From: an uncultured Candidatus Rokubacteria bacterium | Lineage (GTDB): Bacteria > Methylomirabilota > Methylomirabilia > Rokubacteriales > CSP1-6 | Direction of reading: 5' to 3' | Assembly (NCBI GenBank): GCA_963754315.1 | Contig: CAVWFS010000013.1 | Location: forward strand, 160,001-224,000 | DNA: 64,000 nt | Part shown: in pieces, positions 43,074 to 54,203 of the stretch | How positions within the stretch are numbered: position 1 is the stretch's first letter | How the letters are laid out: every line of letters begins with the position of its first letter | The notes under the pieces: model-generated | The model's database searches: none | What the model saw: only the letters and a program-made list of their open reading frames with translations | Told to the model about the DNA's origin: nothing | Translations under genes and position numbers: made by a program

Positions 43074-44258
43074 CTAGTCGGGGACGGCGGTTTCGGGGAC
43101 AGCCTGGAAGGCCGGCATCACCTCCGTGGCGAAGCGCTCGAGCTGCTCCAGGACCACCGCTTGCGGCACGCCCACGGACAGGCTGACCATGACCCGCTCG
43201 AGACCCGGATACCGCTCCTCGAGCTTCTTGAGATGCTCGATGATCTCCTCGGGCGACCCGCACAGGACTCCCCCGGCCCGGATGGCGTCCTCGATCCTCG
43301 GCAGCGCGGCGTGGGGGGCCCGGGCGGGGTCGGCCATCACCGCGATCTGCTCGTCCGTCAGCGCCCGCACCAGCCGCAGCGGCCCGAACATCTTCAGATT
43401 CTCCTCGTAATACTTGCCGGCCTCGCGGATGCCCTGTTCACGGCTGTCGGCGATGTAGAAGTGAAATCCGAAGCAGAGACCTTCGCCGAGCTCGAGGTGG
43501 CGCCCCAGGCGAGCGTGCGCCTCTTGCCACGCCATGACGACCCGGTGCATGGCGCCTCCTTCGGCCGAGCCGCCGCCGACGACGCCCTTGATGCCGTGAG
43601 CCGCCATGAAGTCGATGGCTCGACCCGTCCCCCCCTGAATCGGCTGCCAGCACTCGACGGGCCGCCGCAGCGGGCGCGGGACGAGCGTGAGCTCCTGGAG
43701 CTCGTACCCGCGATAGGGAACGGGCGGCGGCAAGGTATAGTGCCGGCCCTGGTGCGAGAAGGACTCCTGGTGCAGCGCCTTGAAGATGATCTCGACCTGC
43801 TCCTCGAACAGCTCGCGGTTCGCCGTCTGATCGAGCAGAGGCGTCCCGAACGTCTCGACCTCGCGGGTGTGATACCCCCTGCCCACCCCGAAGGTGACCC
43901 GGCCTCCGGTGAGGACATCCGCCGTGGCGAAGTCCTCCGCCAGCCGCAGAGGATGCCACATGGGTGTGATGTTGAAGCCGCATCCGAAGCGAAGCCGCCG
44001 CGTGAGATGGGCCAGATGCACGGCGGCCATGAGCACGTTGGGGATGCACTCATAGCCCTCGTGCTGAAAGTGATGCTCGGCCATCCAGAAGGTGTCGTAG
44101 CCGGCCCGATCCATCTGCTCGGCGATGGCCTGAGCCTTGTCGAAAACGGTCACCAGCGCTTCGTTGGGGAACCGGCGCTCGTTGACCGCGGTGCCCGCGT
44201 AGCCGACGTTGTCCATGTCGATGTGGCCGGCAAACAGACTGTCGAACTTCGTGATCAC
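43074..44258 (-). CDS. LLM-class (luciferase-like) flavin-dependent oxidoreductase
   Basis: FWMAEHHF; WHPLRLAEDFATADVLTGGRVTFGVGRG; LERFATEVMP. Confidence 0.9.
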   Translation of the reverse strand: MITKFDSLFAGHIDMDNVGYAGTAVNERRFPNEALVTVFDKAQAIAEQMDRAGYDTFWMAEHHFQHEGYECIPNVLMAAVHLAHLTRRLRFGCGFNITPMWHPLRLAEDFATADVLTGGRVTFGVGRGYHTREVETFGTPLLDQTANRELFEEQVEIIFKALHQESFSHQGRHYTLPPPVPYRGYELQELTLVPRPLRRPVECWQPIQGGTGRAIDFMAAHGIKGVVGGGSAEGGAMHRVVMAWQEAHARLGRHLELGEGLCFGFHFYIADSREQGIREAGKYYEENLKMFGPLRLVRALTDEQIAVMADPARAPHAALPRIEDAIRAGGVLCGSPEEIIEHLKKLEERYPGLERVMVSLSVGVPQAVVLEQLERFATEVMPAFQAVPETAVPD

Positions 44259-44341
44259 GCGTGCCTCCTCTGTTCTGCAGTGGATCGCTCGACTGCGGCG
44301 CGCTCAGCATTGCCCGGCCTGCCGGCCGAGTCAAGGCCGCG

Positions 44342-45214
44342 TTACGGCGCGGGCGGGCGCGACTTGGGTCCGAAGGGCTCCGGGATAAATCCGCCATCGC
44401 GGGCCTCCAGGAACGCTCGCAGCCCGCCGTCCTGCATCGCCGCCAACAGCTCGGCGCGCTGGGCGTTGTACGAGGCGTGGGCAAGGTTCGACAGCGGGAT
44501 GTTCATGAGCATCCCCGCGCCCAGCCCCATGGCGAGCAGGCCGTAGCAGGTCACCGCCTTGTTGAGCCGCACCGAAGGCTCCGGGACCTGGGCGATGCGC
44601 TCGGCCACCGCGCGCGCCTTGGGCAGCAGCTCGGCCAGGGGCACGACCTCGTTCACGATGCCGAGCCGGAGCGCCTCGGCCGCATCGAAATGATCGCCGG
44701 TCAAGGCATAGCGGTGCGCCGCCTTCCAGCCGGCCAGCGCCGCGAACAGGAAGGTCGTGTTGGACACGTGGCGCACTTCCGGCTGGGCGAATACCGAGTC
44801 GTCGGCAGCGATGGTCATGTCGCACGCGAGCGAGTACCAGAACCCGCCGCCCATGATCCAGCCATGCACGGCGGCGATGACGGGCTTCGACAGATGCCAG
44901 AGATGGAGCAACCGTCGCGTGGAGTCGCTGTCGCTCGTCCACCAACGCTTGAGGAACTCGGCGGGCTCGACCCCGGTCGGGTCGAGGGAGGACCGGCCGT
45001 CGGGGCGGCGGGCAATGTCGTAGCCAGCCGAAAAAGCGCGACCGGCTCCGGTCAGGATGATGGCCCGCACGGAGGCATCGGCTTCGGCGTCGTCGAGCGC
45101 CCCGTGCAACTCGGCCGTCATCTGTGGATTGATGGCGTTGAGGGCCTGCGGCCGGTTGAGCGTGATGGTGACCACCGGACCCACCTTCTCGTAGAGGATC
45201 ATCGTGTACGCCAT
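44342..45214 (-). CDS. Enoyl-CoA hydratase/isomerase (crotonase) family
   Basis: ITLNRPQALNA; AFSAGYD; KPVIAAVHGWIMGGG; AEALRLGIVNEVV. Confidence 0.9.
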   Translation of the reverse strand: MAYTMILYEKVGPVVTITLNRPQALNAINPQMTAELHGALDDAEADASVRAIILTGAGRAFSAGYDIARRPDGRSSLDPTGVEPAEFLKRWWTSDSDSTRRLLHLWHLSKPVIAAVHGWIMGGGFWYSLACDMTIAADDSVFAQPEVRHVSNTTFLFAALAGWKAAHRYALTGDHFDAAEALRLGIVNEVVPLAELLPKARAVAERIAQVPEPSVRLNKAVTCYGLLAMGLGAGMLMNIPLSNLAHASYNAQRAELLAAMQDGGLRAFLEARDGGFIPEPFGPKSRPPAP

Positions 45215-45557
45215 CGCCTGACCTCCTAGGTTCAGATCACTCTCCCTGACACCTCATGGACCGCGCCGTCCAGCCCCGGATCGTTGTACCACGAGTGGTA
45301 AAACGACCCCGGCGCCCGTTGCTCAGCCAGAATGGACGCGGCCCTCGTCACGTACGACCAGCAGGCGGCGACGGTCGTAATGGACCGGGCGCATCCCGGC
45401 GAAGGCGTCTTCATGGGCATTCACGGCGGCAGATCTCGTTGCCCGAGCAGCGGTTCGTGGCTCGCGCGGGGTACAATCTTAACGGTCAGGGGCCTGCCGG
45501 CCCGGACAGCCGAAGGGGGAGTCCCGCCTGCCCAAGGCCCAAGAAGGAGCGCACCCT

Positions 45558-46397
45558 ATGAACTCAATCACGACGAAAGACGGCACGCAGATCTACTACA
45601 AGGACTGGGGCCAGGGACAGCCCGTGGTGTTCAGTCATGGTTGGCCGCTATCCGCGGACGCTTTTGAGGATCAGATGTTCTTTTTGGCTTCCCGCGGTTA
45701 CCGGTGTATCGCCCATGACCGCCGCGGTCACGGACGCTCGAGCCAGCCGTGGAACGGCAACGACATGGACACCTACGCCGATGATCTGGCGGCGCTTGCG
45801 GAAGCGCTTGACCTGAAGAGCGCGATCCACGTCGGCCACTCCACTGGCGGTGGGGAGGTTGCCCGCTACATCGGTCGTCACGGCACCACGCGCGTGGCCA
45901 AAGCCGTCTTGATCGGCGCGGTGCCGCCCCTGATGCTGAAAACGCCGGCCAATCCGGATGGCACGCCGATCGAGGCCTTCGACCAGATCCGCGCCAGCGT
46001 TCTCGCTGACCGCTCCCAGTTCTTCAAGGACCTCACGATCCCGTTCTACGGCTTCAACCGGCCGGGGGCGAAGGTCTCGCAAGGCCTGCGCGATTCGTTC
46101 TGGCTTCAGGGCATGATGGCCGGTTTTCCGGCCGCCTACTTCTGCATCAAAGCCTTCTCGGAGACCAACCTCACCGAGGATCTCAAGAAATTCGACGTCC
46201 CGACGCTCATCCTTCATGGCGATGACGACCAGATCGTCCCTATCGGCGCCTCCGCTCTGCTGTCGGCCAAGCTCGTCAAGCACGCGCAACTCAAGGTCTA
46301 CAAGGGCGGTTCTCACGGCATGTGTTCGATCCAGAAGGACGAAGTCAGCGCTGACCTGCTCTCGTTCATCAAGGAAGACAGGCGCGCGGTGGGGTAA
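45558..46397 (+). CDS. cpo: Non-heme chloroperoxidase / alpha-beta hydrolase
   Basis: [39 protein letters not shown] (Ser-Asp-His triad). Confidence 0.88.
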   Translation: MNSITTKDGTQIYYKDWGQGQPVVFSHGWPLSADAFEDQMFFLASRGYRCIAHDRRGHGRSSQPWNGNDMDTYADDLAALAEALDLKSAIHVGHSTGGGEVARYIGRHGTTRVAKAVLIGAVPPLMLKTPANPDGTPIEAFDQIRASVLADRSQFFKDLTIPFYGFNRPGAKVSQGLRDSFWLQGMMAGFPAAYFCIKAFSETNLTEDLKKFDVPTLILHGDDDQIVPIGASALLSAKLVKHAQLKVYKGGSHGMCSIQKDEVSADLLSFIKEDRRAVG

Positions 46398-46517
46398 CCA
46401 AGGAGCGCCTTATCGCGGGCGAAGGAGGTTCATCTACTCCGGGCGGTGGTGGCCCTCGCCGTCGAGACGTATCATCGCCGTGTGCGCCGTCCGCAGAAGG
46501 CGCGGCGGCCTGCAGAT

Positions 46518-46976
46518 ATGGCGTGCACAGCGGATTTCGAGAAGCCCCGAGCGCTCGAGCGGCTGTTCAACCAGGCGTTCGGCGTCCTTGTCGGCATGGG
46601 GGTCGCTCCGCCCGACTATCAATTGCTCCAGGTGCGCGGGCGGAAGACCGGTCGGACATTTTCGACCCCAGTGAACGTGGTTCGCGTGGCAGGCGGGCGG
46701 TTCCTCGTAGCGCCCCGTGGAGTCACGCAATGGGTGCGCAATGCTGACGTGGCCGGAGAGCTCCTGCTGAAGCGGGGGCGACGCCGCCAGCGGTTCCGGA
46801 CCCGCGCAGTGCCAAACACCGAGAAGCCGGAGATCCTCCGCGCTTATCTCGACCGGTTTCGGACGACTGCTCAGCGATACTTTCCCGTACGGGCGGGATC
46901 ACCCGCAACCGAGTTTGCTCCGATCGCCGGGCGTTATCCGGTGTTTGAGTTGCTCGACGCGGGACACGTGTGTTAG
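46518..46976 (+). CDS. Deazaflavin-dependent nitroreductase-like (split beta-barrel) protein
   Basis: LQVRGRKTGR..STPV; QWVRNA; YPVFEL; start uncertain. Confidence 0.75.
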   Translation: MACTADFEKPRALERLFNQAFGVLVGMGVAPPDYQLLQVRGRKTGRTFSTPVNVVRVAGGRFLVAPRGVTQWVRNADVAGELLLKRGRRRQRFRTRAVPNTEKPEILRAYLDRFRTTAQRYFPVRAGSPATEFAPIAGRYPVFELLDAGHVC

Positions 46977-47035
46977 CCGGAGCAGGTCATGCTCGCGTCC
47001 AAGAGATGCCTTGATCGGGTCCGGCCAGCGTCGCA

Positions 47036-47473
47036 CTAGGAAGACCCGGCCAGCGCGGCACGAATCAGTACGAGGAGGCCCACGGTTCCGAGGGCGCTTC
47101 GGATCCCATGCAGCCGTGCCCAGCGTGTCAGAAGGGTCCGAGTGTCGCCGGCGCCGCCTTGATGACCCAGCAGACGGTTGTTCGTCGGCAGGATCACGAT
47201 GAGTGTGAACGGCACGGCAAGCCCGATGAGCAGGCCACCGATTGCCCAGCTCCACGGGGCGCCGGTGATCGAAGCAAGCGCTCCCGATAGCGCGCAAATC
47301 ATCGCCGTAGCGGCCTGCCACGGCGCAGCCCGGCGATAGCTGAACCGAAACTGATCGACGGCCGCTCCCGGTTGGAGCCGCATGCGTGCGGGCTGCTCGA
47401 CGAGCGAGACATAGAGCGCACCGCCGGTGAACAGCGCGCCGCTCAGCATGGCAAGCATCTCGAGGATCGTCAT
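47036..47473 (-). CDS. DUF1772 (anthrone oxygenase-like) membrane protein
   Basis: GLFTG-type helix with VEQPAR; PFTLIVILPTNNRL; RWARLHGIRS. Confidence 0.75.
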   Translation of the reverse strand: MTILEMLAMLSGALFTGGALYVSLVEQPARMRLQPGAAVDQFRFSYRRAAPWQAATAMICALSGALASITGAPWSWAIGGLLIGLAVPFTLIVILPTNNRLLGHQGGAGDTRTLLTRWARLHGIRSALGTVGLLVLIRAALAGSS

Positions 47474-47504
47474 ATGCCGCGCTTCTCAAGACGCGACGCT
47501 GCTG

Positions 47505-48116
47505 CTACTTCTTGGTATAGGTGATCTCCATCATCTTCATCTCTTTGCCGTCCTTGCCCGGCCCGTACATCTCGAAGATCTCGGTCGTCGGGCTCGTCCA
47601 GCGGCTGGTCATGCGCGCTTTCACTGGGCCCTTCTTGATGGCATCGTTCCAGCTCCCGGTGAACATACAGGTCTTCTTCTCGGAGTCGCACATGCCCTCG
47701 CTCACCATGATGCCGGTGGACATGCTGTCGTTCCAGGTGGACCAGTACTTACCGGACACGTTGTCGAAGCCCGTCATTCCGTGACCCGTGAAGGGATGGC
47801 CCATCATCGAGCTCTTGACTTCCTCGACCAGCACACGGCCGCCGAGCGCCATGGAGCGCGTCGCGGTGCCGGTGTCTTCCATCGCCGGAGCACCGGGCCC
47901 GTGCCAGCTCTTGATCTTGAGGTCGTAGGTGCCGGCCGACGAAGCCAACGCTTGGTGAGGCGCGCCCGGTGTACCGGCTTTCATGTACGCTTCCATTTCG
48001 GCCTTCTGAGCGGGGGTCATCTCCGGCTGTTTTTGCCCCTGTTGCGCCGCGGCGAGCGTGGCGAGCGCGACGACCGCCGTGGCTGCCAGCAAAGGTCGGG
48101 CAAGGCTGCGCTTCAT
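47505..48116 (-). CDS. Secreted DUF1579-like protein
   Basis: Signal peptide; TPGAPHQ; GFDNVSGKYWSTWNDSMSTG; MEITYTK. Confidence 0.75.
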   Translation of the reverse strand: MKRSLARPLLAATAVVALATLAAAQQGQKQPEMTPAQKAEMEAYMKAGTPGAPHQALASSAGTYDLKIKSWHGPGAPAMEDTGTATRSMALGGRVLVEEVKSSMMGHPFTGHGMTGFDNVSGKYWSTWNDSMSTGIMVSEGMCDSEKKTCMFTGSWNDAIKKGPVKARMTSRWTSPTTEIFEMYGPGKDGKEMKMMEITYTKK

Positions 48117-48195
48117 AGTCCCTCCTTCTGCGATGATGGTGCCGCCTGTCACCCTCTAGTCGTTTGAGAAGATTGGCAATCGACACGCAGGTGAA

Positions 48196-48813
48196 TCACC
48201 CGTCAAGCACCTCGCGCTCGTCTCCCCTCGCCGGGTCGTTGGCAGGGAGCGTATCTGAAACCCAGTCTCCCTTCTTCCACGTAGGCACCGGGGTCTGGCA
48301 GTCCGTCTTCGGCACGAAGCGCGAATGCTGTACCAGCTTCATCTGGTGGATGTAGCGCGGACAGTTCGGGAACACCTCGCGCGCCCGCACGCGGACGATG
48401 AACTGCGCCTCCGGGTACTCCGCCATCAGCGGGTCATTGCGGTCGATGGTTGCCTCGCCGTTGAGCCGCATCCGGTGCCGCCGATCGAAATCAATGAACA
48501 GCAGCCCCACCTGCCCGGTGTCCGCCACGTTGCCCATGCTCAGATACATGCCATTTCCGTCGTAGTTCGGGAAGGCGATGGTATGTTCGTCGACGACGCG
48601 CACGAACCCTGGCTCGCCGCCTTTGTACGAGCAATTGGCGTGACCATCCGCATCGACCGTGGCGATGAAGAACATGTCCATGCGCTCGATGAACTCCCGG
48701 TCGGACGGCGCGATGAAATCGCGCACGATGGCCTCGTTGAGACGGTCGGCCATGCGGCGTGTGTCGAACAGGTCCTGCAGCTTGCGGTTGCCTTCGTGGT
48801 AGATGCTGACCAT
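48196..48813 (-). CDS. Pyridoxamine 5'-phosphate oxidase-like flavin-binding protein
   Basis: FFIATVD; SYKGGEPGFV; PNYDGNG; VGLLFIDF; NCPRYI. Confidence 0.82.
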   Translation of the reverse strand: MVSIYHEGNRKLQDLFDTRRMADRLNEAIVRDFIAPSDREFIERMDMFFIATVDADGHANCSYKGGEPGFVRVVDEHTIAFPNYDGNGMYLSMGNVADTGQVGLLFIDFDRRHRMRLNGEATIDRNDPLMAEYPEAQFIVRVRAREVFPNCPRYIHQMKLVQHSRFVPKTDCQTPVPTWKKGDWVSDTLPANDPARGDEREVLDG

Positions 48814-48842
48814 CGCGCGCTCGTGGTCGGGGGCGCTCAAGC

Positions 48843-49787
48843 TCAGACCCTCCCGAAGCCGTACAGAGTCTCCGGATTTTCCACCAGGATCCGGTGCCGC
48901 ACCTTCTCGTCGGGCGCCCAGTCGAGGAGCAGGTCGAAGAGCACCGCGTCGTCCGGCAGCTTGTCCTTCTCGGTCGGGTGCGGCCAGTCGCTGCCCCAGA
49001 CAAGCCGCTCAGGCGCCGCCTTGACATAGGCGCGCGCGACGGCGCTCGCGTCGGCATACGTCGGCGGCCCGACCTTGCCGGCGTAGGCGCCCGACAGCTT
49101 GACCCAGGCGCGGCGCTTGTCGAGCAGCGCCTGGACCTTGGCGAAGAGCGGGTGGCTCGGCTCCGGGACACGGGCCAGATGGTCGAAGACGATTGGCGAC
49201 GGTACCCGCTCGAGGATCGCCATGATCTCCATGGTCCGGGCGGGCGGCGCGTTGATCTGGATGTGCCAGCCGAGGTCGTTCACCCGCTTCGACAGTGGCT
49301 CGATCATCTCGGGCGTCGTGGCCCCCGCCTGGGCCAGGTTGAAGCGGATGCCGCGAGCCCCGAGCCCATGCAGGCGCTTGAGCTCCGCGTCGGACACGCT
49401 GTCGTTGACGACCACAACCGCCCGGGCGGTCTGCCCGAAGGCCGATACTGCGTCGAGCGTGCAGCGGTTGTCGATGCCGTAGGTCGAGGGCTGCACGACG
49501 ACGTTCCGGCTCGTCCCGATGCGCTTCTGCAAGGCGCGATAGTCCTCGACGAAGGCGTCGCCGGGGCGCAAGGTGGACGTCGGGTCGACAGGGTAGCGCG
49601 CGTCGTAAATGTGGTGGTGACAGTCCGCCGCGTTGGCCGGCGCCTTCAGCTTCGGCGCCTCGGTGCCTGCGGACCACTTGACCGGCTGGGCCGCCGCGGC
49701 CCTCGGGTGACCGGCCAGCACACCGGCCGCCACCGCGCCCGACATCGTCTTCAGCAGCTCGCGCCGCCGCCAGTGCGTGGGTTCCAT
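48843..49787 (-). CDS. Tat-exported amidohydrolase (LigI-like lactonase family)
   Basis: RRRELLK Tat motif; DCHHH; VQPSTYG; GIRFN; FDHLA; WVKLSG; WGSDWPH; GAGGAGG RBS. Confidence 0.85.
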   Translation of the reverse strand: MEPTHWRRRELLKTMSGAVAAGVLAGHPRAAAAQPVKWSAGTEAPKLKAPANAADCHHHIYDARYPVDPTSTLRPGDAFVEDYRALQKRIGTSRNVVVQPSTYGIDNRCTLDAVSAFGQTARAVVVVNDSVSDAELKRLHGLGARGIRFNLAQAGATTPEMIEPLSKRVNDLGWHIQINAPPARTMEIMAILERVPSPIVFDHLARVPEPSHPLFAKVQALLDKRRAWVKLSGAYAGKVGPPTYADASAVARAYVKAAPERLVWGSDWPHPTEKDKLPDDAVLFDLLLDWAPDEKVRHRILVENPETLYGFGRV

Positions 49788-49973
49788 CGCGTCCTCCTCG
49801 TGGCCAGGGCTCCCCGGCATCGGCCCGGTATCCTGCAAGCATGGCGCTCTCGGGGACCGGGGGCAAGAAGTTCGACGGCACGCGCGTACCACTCGATCCT
49901 GCTCCACTCGCTCCGTGTGTCGTTGACCGGCTCGGCCGAACATGCTCTTATGAGGACTGACCGGAGGGGACAA

Positions 49974-52141
49974 ATGCCGCGTAGTCCCTCTTCCGTTGTC
50001 GCTCCGCGTCAACACTCGCCGTCGAGTGTGCCCTCCTGCGCACGTTGGCTCCTCGCCCTCGCTCTCTCAATAGCCGTATCGCCGCCCGTCGCGGCGCAGA
50101 CGCCGCTCGTCGTCTCCGGATGGGTGGAGACGCTGGACGGCCAGAAGGTGAAAAGCGTGAATGTGCGAGTGCGGACCGTGGGCGGGGCTGTCACCACGAC
50201 CACCGGGGAGTTCAGGATTCCGCTGAGCAAGGAGCACGGGCCCGGAGACGAGATCGCGCTGGACGTGGAGGGATGGGTCATCGTCAGTCCCTACGACGGA
50301 CGGACGTTCGTGCCGCGGCAACGAGGGGTTGCAGGAGTCGTTGTCGTCGTGGCGAAGAAGGGGGACGCCGCTTTCCTGAGGAACAAAGAGTTCCTGACGA
50401 GATTGGTCCAGGACGTGACGACCCGGCCGGGGCCGTCGTCGCCCGGCATCCGGCCTCGCCCGATGCGTTTCTGGCGGAGCGAGCGTCCGAGCTGGGCCTG
50501 AGCGTGGAGCAATTGAAGCGCGCGATCGAGGGGTGGGCGCACGGTGTTCAGGGGCCATACCAGCGGGGGCTGGCGGCCCTGTACCGGCAGCAGTACGAGG
50601 AGGCGAGTCGGGAGCTACAGCGGTCGGTGACGCAGCAGGAAGGGGAACTGGCTGACAAGTACGCGGCGCTGGGGCTGGCCGAGCATGGGCGCGGCCGCTA
50701 TTCGGCTGGCGGTTGAGACCTTGGAGAAGGCGCAGAGACTGCGGCCTGAATCTCCGATCATTCTGCACAATCTGGCCCGTGCCCTGAAGGATGCTGGTCG
50801 CTACCGTGAAGCGGAGCCACTGTATCGGCGATCGTTCACGATCGTAGAAAAGGAGCTGGGGCCGGAGCATCCCGACGTCGCGATTCCGTTGAATAGCCTC
50901 GCGGCCCTCTACCAGGCGCAAGGGCGATACGGGGAGGCGGAGCCGCTGTACCGGCGCGCCCAGGCGATCCGCGAGAAGGCGCTGGGGCCGGAGCATCCCG
51001 CCGTGGCGACGGGGCTGAATGACCTCGCGGGGCTTTACGAGGACCAAGGGCGATACAGGGAGGCGGAACCGCTGTACCGGCGAGCGCTGGCAATCAACGA
51101 GAAGGCGCTGGGGCCGGAGCATCCCGAAGTGGCGACAAACCTGAACAACCTCGGGCTGGTCTACTATGCGCAAGCGCGGTACGCGGAGGCGGAACCGCTA
51201 TACCGGCGGGCCCTGGCGATCACCGAGAAAGCGCTGGGCCCGGAGCACCCCGACGTCGCCGACGAGCCTGAACAACCTCGCCGCTGCTCTACAATGCGCA
51301 AAGGCGAGTACGCGGAGGCGGAGCCGCTGTACCGACGGGCCCTGGCGATCAACGAGAAGCAGCTGGGGCCGGAGCATCCCGAAGTGGCGAGAAACCTGGA
51401 TAACCTCGGGGCGCTCTACCATGCGCAGAGGCGATACGCGGAGGCGGAGCCGCTGTACCGGCGGGCGCTGGCGATCAGCGAGAAGGCGCTGGGGCCGGAG
51501 CATCCCACCGTCGCGATTCGGTTGAACAATCTCGCGAGCCTCTGCTCAGCGCAAAGGCGGTACGCGGAGGCGGAGCCGCTGTACCGGCGGGCCCTGGCGA
51601 TCAGCGAGAAGGCGCTGGGGCCAGAGCATCCCAACGTCGCGACGGGGCTGAACAACCTGGCAGTGCTCTACCACGATCAAGGGCGGTACGCGGAGGCGGA
51701 ACCGCTGTACCGGCGGGCCCTGGCGATCGAGCGAGAAGGCGCTGGGGCCGGAACATCCCGAGCGTCGCGACTCGGTTGAATAGCCTCGCGATGCTCTACA
51801 AGGCGCAAGGGCGATACGGGGAGGCGGAACCGCTCTACCAGCGGGCGCTGGCGCTCAGCGAGAAGGCGCTGGGGCCGGAACACCGGAGTGTCGCGATTCG
51901 GCTGAGCAACCTCGCGCAGTTCTATCACGACCAAGGACGATACGGAGAGGCCGAGCCGCTGTACCGGCGGGCGCTGGCGATCGACGAGAAGGCGTTGGGG
52001 CCAGGGCATCCCACCGTGGCGGCCGCTCTGGAGAATCTCAGCGTGACCCTCGATCGAATGGGCCGAGGCGATGAGGCCAGGGCCCTTGAGGCACGCGCCA
52101 AGGCGATCCGCAAGAATGGATCCACCCAGGCGCGTGAGTAG
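49974..52141 (+). CDS. Secreted protein with N-terminal beta-sandwich and ~10 kinesin-light-chain-type 42-aa TPR repeats; multiple apparent frameshifts
   Basis: Signal WLLALALSIAVSPPVAAQ; repeats HPxVAxxLNNLAxLYxxQGRYxEAEPLYRRALAIxEKALGPE; frame breaks near 50450, 50705, 51265-51290 and 51730-51760. Confidence 0.8.
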
Positions 52142-52987
52142 AGCGGACCAGACGCCGAGGGAAAGCGCGGGCGCGGCCGACACGGCGCCGGGTCTGTCCG
52201 CATCATCCTACGCAGTGCTGGCCCTCATCGCTGGCGTCCTGGGCATCGGACTCCTGATCTTCTATGTGTACCGGGTTCCAGCCCTGACCCAGGCTGGCGT
52301 CAACGCCCAGGTGTTCTACGTGTTGCTGCTACCCTGGGGCATCGCGTGCGCGGCCTTCCTCTTCGGCGCGATGCGCAGCTACGCTCGCTTCCAGCATCGC
52401 GAGATGGATACCGTCCTCGAACTGGGCGGGCCGGTGGTCTCTTCGCCCTCGTGGTGGTGGGTGGGTTCAAGCTGGTGCCGCCGGCCGCGGAGACGTTCGA
52501 CCTCACGGTGCGCCCGAGGAGCGCAGACGGCAGTGTTCCCCTCATCACGGTGGGGCAGATCACGATTGATCTCGGCAATCGCCGGGACACCGTGGCGCTC
52601 GACGCGCGCGGGGAGGCGAACTTCAAGGGTGTTCCCGCACGTTTTCGCACCTCGCCCGTCAAGGTGCTGGCGCTCGTCGAGGGCTATGAAGAGACCTGGC
52701 AGGACGTGATGGTGAAGGAGAGCGTGATCGAGCTTCCCGTGAAGCACGCCAAGCCGCTGTCCCGGCTCACCGGGGCCATCGTGCCCGTTCCGCGCCAGGG
52801 AAACGAGATCAGGCTTTTTGTTGACGGCGGGCTGGGGGAAGGGCGTCCCGATCCGCTCGGTCGGTTTGATTTCCCCGTGCGGGCCCAGCAAGGCGAGCGA
52901 ATCCGGTTGAAGGTGTACGTCGGCGGACAGCTTCGCTACGACGAGTATCAGACGTTGCCAGGGCCGGTCACGCTCCGGGTCGAGTAG
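52116..52987 (+). CDS. Hypothetical membrane protein (3 TMs plus extracytoplasmic beta domains), frameshift near 52436
   Basis: TM helices, then LELGGPV | FALVVVGGFKLV continuing in the next frame. Confidence 0.55.
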
Positions 52988-53057
52988 ATTCGTGTATCCT
53001 GCGGCCAGGCGATCAGGCTCTCGGAGTATTCGACCCCATGACCGCCAAGGAGTGACG

Positions 53058-54059
53058 ATGAGGTCATTCGTCGCGCTCGCGTTCCTCCTGATGCTCGGGT
53101 TGCTCCCGCCGCGGGCGGCTGCCGCTCCGCTCACCATCATTGCTGATCCCTCGGATGCTGAACTCTTCAGCACGGGGGTTGGGGACGACGTGCTGGGCGA
53201 CATGGGGGTCGGCGACACCGGAGGGGGCTCGCCAAACCTCGGTCGGCGGGCGGTCGTCAGGTTTGACGTGCGGGGACTGTCTGCCGCGAACGTGACGTCG
53301 GCCACGCTGCGGCTGACCATTCGCGAGAGTCGCCGCGACCAGTTCCCGGCTCCTGGCGTGATCGACGGCGTGCCGCCCTTCACGAATCCCGGCCTGGGGG
53401 ACACGCAGGTCATCCATATCAGGGACAGCGGAGCAGTAAATGCCGCGGACTATGGATCTCCATCTGTGGGCAACGACCCCGGGGTGCTGATTCCGGCGGC
53501 GATGAACCCCGTTGACAGCGTGACCGTCGCGGCTACGAAGGCGGTGCAGCAAGCGTTGGCCGAAGGCCGCTCCTTCGTGGTGTTCCGGATCCAGACCGCC
53601 GTCGAGACAGACGGCGATGGCCTCAACGACGTGTGGTTCTTTGCGTCGGGCAATCACCCTGTCTCCGCGCGCCGGCCGCGCCTGGACATCGAGACGTCCG
53701 ACGCTCCCCTGTTACCGAGGATCACGCTCGACCTCAACGCCTCGAGCTTCTCGCCAGGAGACACGCTGGTCGCGACCTTTCGCCTGGCGCCCGGCAAGGT
53801 TGGCGTGCCCGTCGACGCTTACGCCGTGATCGAGATTCCCGGCGGGGGCTTCGTCTCCATTCTCCCGGGCGGCGTTCTCGTGCCCGGTGTCGTGCCGATC
53901 GCCACCGGGTTCATGCCAGTGGTCCTCTCCGGGGAGCTCGTCCGCTACGTCATGACCGGCAACGAACCACCCGGAATCTACCGCTTCTTCGCCGGGTTGG
54001 CCGAGCCCGGTACTCTGACTCTCATTGGTAGCGCCGAGGAAGTGCTCTTCAGCCCCTAG
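53058..54059 (+). CDS. Secreted beta-rich protein (DNRLRE-like jelly-roll plus Ig-like C-terminal domain)
   Basis: AAGGAG RBS; signal peptide; RAVVRFDV...VTSATLRL; RPRLDI. Confidence 0.55.
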   Translation: MRSFVALAFLLMLGLLPPRAAAAPLTIIADPSDAELFSTGVGDDVLGDMGVGDTGGGSPNLGRRAVVRFDVRGLSAANVTSATLRLTIRESRRDQFPAPGVIDGVPPFTNPGLGDTQVIHIRDSGAVNAADYGSPSVGNDPGVLIPAAMNPVDSVTVAATKAVQQALAEGRSFVVFRIQTAVETDGDGLNDVWFFASGNHPVSARRPRLDIETSDAPLLPRITLDLNASSFSPGDTLVATFRLAPGKVGVPVDAYAVIEIPGGGFVSILPGGVLVPGVVPIATGFMPVVLSGELVRYVMTGNEPPGIYRFFAGLAEPGTLTLIGSAEEVLFSP

Positions 54060-54203
54060 CTCGACGGGATCTGGACCGCGACCTTCACGGCGCGCTCCAG
54101 ATGCGGGACACCTCTGGGCCATCGCCGGGGTACGAGGTATGATGCGGGCGCGCCGGGCTGCTCGCACCCGGCCCTCGGAGAGAGCAATGCACGGGATCGA
54201 TCC

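Noticed and set aside
45232..45424. Possible small minus-strand gene (MNAHEDAFAGMRPVHYDRRRLL...YHSWYNDPGLDGAVHEVSGRVI) upstream of the crotonase gene
   Set aside because: It needs an assumed frameshift and matches no family I recognise.
50800..52030. 126-bp repeats as a DGR or non-coding repeat element
   Set aside because: They are in-frame TPR coding units; there is no reverse transcriptase and no adenine-specific variation.
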